Assembly (NCBI GenBank): GCA_001805965.1
Contig: MHHG01000053.1
Coordinates: forward strand, 1,512-65,511
Direction of reading: 5' to 3'
Length of the DNA stretch: 64,000 nucleotides
Source: Omnitrophica WOR_2 bacterium RIFOXYA2_FULL_38_17
GTDB lineage: Bacteria > Omnitrophota > Gorgyraeia > Zapsychrales > Zapsychraceae
Shown here: positions 61,782 through 64,000 of the stretch, piece by piece
Layout: each line of letters starts with the position of its first letter
How positions within the stretch are numbered: position 1 is the stretch's first letter
Position numbers and translations under genes: made by a program
Notes under the pieces: model-generated
The model's input: the letters and a program-made list of their open reading frames with translations, nothing else
Database searches by the model: none
Told to the model about the DNA's origin: nothing

Positions 61782-63098
61782 TTATTCTTGTTCCTCGCTC
61801 TCTTTCTCTTCTTCCTCCTCTTTACGCTTATCTCTCGAACGTTTTGCCCAGATAGAAAAATGAATAATTGTAATAATGGCAACAACAATGACGATCCCAG
61901 TAATTATGTGCCATGATGTGTCATATGTAGGTTTCTTAAATAAATTTTTTGCAAGTTCTGCAATATTTGCTAAAGATTTTATCTGCATTAGAACATTCTT
62001 CAGTTTACTTCTTTCAAGCTCTTCTCTGATCGCCGTTAAAAGATCTTCTAATGACTCAACATCACCCTTTGCCAACTCATAAAGTTTAGAATTGGCTTCA
62101 AAATCACTGATATGCTTATTTATATCTTTATCTTGGCTCTGCGATGCTTCGATAGATTCCAAATTGTTCTTAATAGCTTTAACCAGATATTGTGCACTAT
62201 CAATATATTTAGACTTCTCTAAAAGCTTATAAGTTTTTCTGGTTCGTTCCCTTAAATTTTCAATATCTGTGTTCTTTATATTCCAGATATCAAGTATTTC
62301 AATATTAAAACGTTTTTTCTCGCTAGGCTGGAACTCATCTTCTCTTACAATATAAGTCTGGCCTTTAACTGCATCATAATGAACTTCAAAACCTTCTGCT
62401 TCAATAACATGTTCAGGCCTTACATCAGTTGGCAAATAATGTTCATGCTCTTGTTTTGTAACATCAGTATCAGATTTATTTTGCGTCTCAACAACAAACC
62501 TTACTGTGCCAGTAGTTTCATCGGCCAGATCACTTCTCCAGTAAGTAACAGAAAGCGCTTCTTTCCTTATCTCATTAAGTTCTCGTTCATAAACCTTAAA
62601 ACTTTCAATCCTTCTTTTAACATCATTTTCATATCGTGCCTGCTGTGCTAAAACGCTTTCAACTCTTTTATGCAGGCTTTCTTTTTTTCTCAATCCTGAA
62701 TCATAATATTCGGTATCCTTCAAGTTCTCATAATTCTTATCAATTTGTGCTACTACATCAGCAACAACTTCTTCTTTGACCTTCCAAATGTCCCTTATTA
62801 CGACCTTGTAAGTCTTAGTTTCTTTCGGATTGAGAGTTACGTCACCATAAACAAAATAAGCGCCTTCTGCAATATCATAATCTATTTTTAGGCCAGCAGG
62901 ATCAACAATATCTTCGACTGAAACACCAAGCGGCAAAACAAACTTTATATTTTTATCTTTTGTTGATTCAGTACCATTAACAGCCAGTATGTTAATCGTA
63001 ACATCACTATAAACATGGCCAGCTATTCCAAAGATCATAATAAAGCTGGCCAAGAAGCTTAACACCTTCTGTCGATATCTACTTCTAATTTGGCTCAT
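61782..63098 (-). CDS. Hypothetical periplasmic protein with duplicated beta-domain/coiled-coil modules and a C-terminal TM anchor
   Basis: Signal peptide; two similar modules (LP..V..E......G....YD...G...IW); TM then poly-Glu tail. Confidence 0.78.
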   Translation of the reverse strand: MSQIRSRYRQKVLSFLASFIMIFGIAGHVYSDVTINILAVNGTESTKDKNIKFVLPLGVSVEDIVDPAGLKIDYDIAEGAYFVYGDVTLNPKETKTYKVVIRDIWKVKEEVVADVVAQIDKNYENLKDTEYYDSGLRKKESLHKRVESVLAQQARYENDVKRRIESFKVYERELNEIRKEALSVTYWRSDLADETTGTVRFVVETQNKSDTDVTKQEHEHYLPTDVRPEHVIEAEGFEVHYDAVKGQTYIVREDEFQPSEKKRFNIEILDIWNIKNTDIENLRERTRKTYKLLEKSKYIDSAQYLVKAIKNNLESIEASQSQDKDINKHISDFEANSKLYELAKGDVESLEDLLTAIREELERSKLKNVLMQIKSLANIAELAKNLFKKPTYDTSWHIITGIVIVVAIITIIHFSIWAKRSRDKRKEEEEEKESEEQE

Positions 63099-63100
63099 GT

Positions 63101-64000
63101 TTAATCACTTTCAAACCAGGTCTTAACAACTATGTCGTCAGCATCGACAGACTCCTTAATAGCCAATAGGACTGCATTCATTTCATTTAGCTTTTCTTTA
63201 ATAGTGTCGAGATCTGTTATCTCTGTCTCATTTAGAGTCTTGATCTCTAGCTCAAGGCCATAAATATCTGCACTTTGATTTACAAGTCCTGCTAACATAT
63301 CTATCATCTCGACAGCATAAGCCTCAGAATCACCTGTTGATGAAGACAGATCTGCTGTAGCCGCCCTAATATCTTCAACCATAGAGCTCAACTCCAAGAC
63401 CTTATCATACATCGGCGCCTTGCCATTGATCCCAAGATCATCCCTCATCGAAGTTACTATACCTAGAGCAGCATCCGCACTTTGTTTTCCGGTATTAGCG
63501 TTATCCTGAATATCATTTAGCTTCCCATACATAGTTGTATCTGTCGTTGCATCTGCTGCTGTGCCGATAAGATCAAGAGTCTCTTTGAGGTCTCCAAAGA
63601 CTGTAGACTGAGCAGATGTATCCGTCGGAGTTCCCAATCTTGTTATGATAGTATCAATATCCGTTCCTATTGTATCTAGGTCTGTCGTTCCTGACATTGA
63701 AGCAACAGCTTGGTCTATAACATAAAGTTTTCCAAATAATGTTGCATCTACATCTGTATCTGTTGACTCTCCGATCAAAGTATCTAAGGTTGCAACAGCT
63801 GTTACAATTGATGAAACATTCGTAATTAAAGTACCTGCATTGTCAGATAAGAATGCAATACCCTCCCAGTTAATGCCTGCATCTGACATATTCTTAAAAT
63901 CTAGCCAGTTAATACCGCCACCTGTCATTGAACCCATTCCATCCCAGTTAATGCCTGCCAATGTCATATCAGCCAAAGCATCCCAATTAATATTCTGACC
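63101..64000 (-). CDS. Acidic repeat protein (5' end beyond window)
   Basis: Frame stays open to 64000 (GQNINWDALADMTLAGINW...); 2-nt gap to the next gene. Confidence 0.78.
   Translation of the reverse strand, partial: GQNINWDALADMTLAGINWDGMGSMTGGGINWLDFKNMSDAGINWEGIAFLSDNAGTLITNVSSIVTAVATLDTLIGESTDTDVDATLFGKLYVIDQAVASMSGTTDLDTIGTDIDTIITRLGTPTDTSAQSTVFGDLKETLDLIGTAADATTDTTMYGKLNDIQDNANTGKQSADAALGIVTSMRDDLGINGKAPMYDKVLELSSMVEDIRAATADLSSSTGDSEAYAVEMIDMLAGLVNQSADIYGLELEIKTLNETEITDLDTIKEKLNEMNAVLLAIKESVDADDIVVKTWFESD
63853..64000 (-). repeat. Coding 36-nt / 12-aa tandem repeat (x-G-I-N-W)
   Basis: NINWDALADMTL, AGINWDGMGSMT, GGINWLDFKNMS, AGINWEGIAFLS; DNA 'ccagttaat' recurs every 36 nt. Confidence 0.85.

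Noticed and set aside
63853-64000. CRISPR-like 36-nt periodicity
   Set aside because: The repeats are in-frame, degenerate at synonymous positions and have no spacers, so this is a protein repeat. No cas genes.

Overview
AT-rich bacterial window, mostly minus-strand genes. Gene content suggests a diderm PVC-type lineage such as Ca. Omnitrophota; this is inference, with no search run. From left to right: (1) a CsoR-regulated CusCBA-type heavy-metal RND efflux operon, with cusA cut by the window edge; (2) an ArsS radical-SAM / two-glycosyltransferase cluster with redox partners; (3) Rrf2-metY-cysK sulfur genes; (4) a tkt-tkt-tal-pgl-pfk operon; (5) tRNA-Lys(CTT); (6) housekeeping and envelope genes, including three GT-C glycosyltransferases; (7) a 1535-aa signal-peptide 'polyprotein' whose cytoplasmic-type enzyme domains are separated by a recurring D-x-[SA]-[MVI]-L linker; (8) an STT3-family oligosaccharyltransferase with WWPPG in place of WWDxG; (9) an apparent operon of about 18 kb in which a divergent F-type ATPase sits 2 nt upstream of a type II secretion/pseudopilus cluster. 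That ATPase has two different c-like subunits, no subunit a and a truncated epsilon; the cluster has a GspE-PilZ fusion and an embedded metallopeptidase. Items 9 and 7 are the best candidates for an undescribed system. No CRISPR, rRNA, integrase or transposase was seen.
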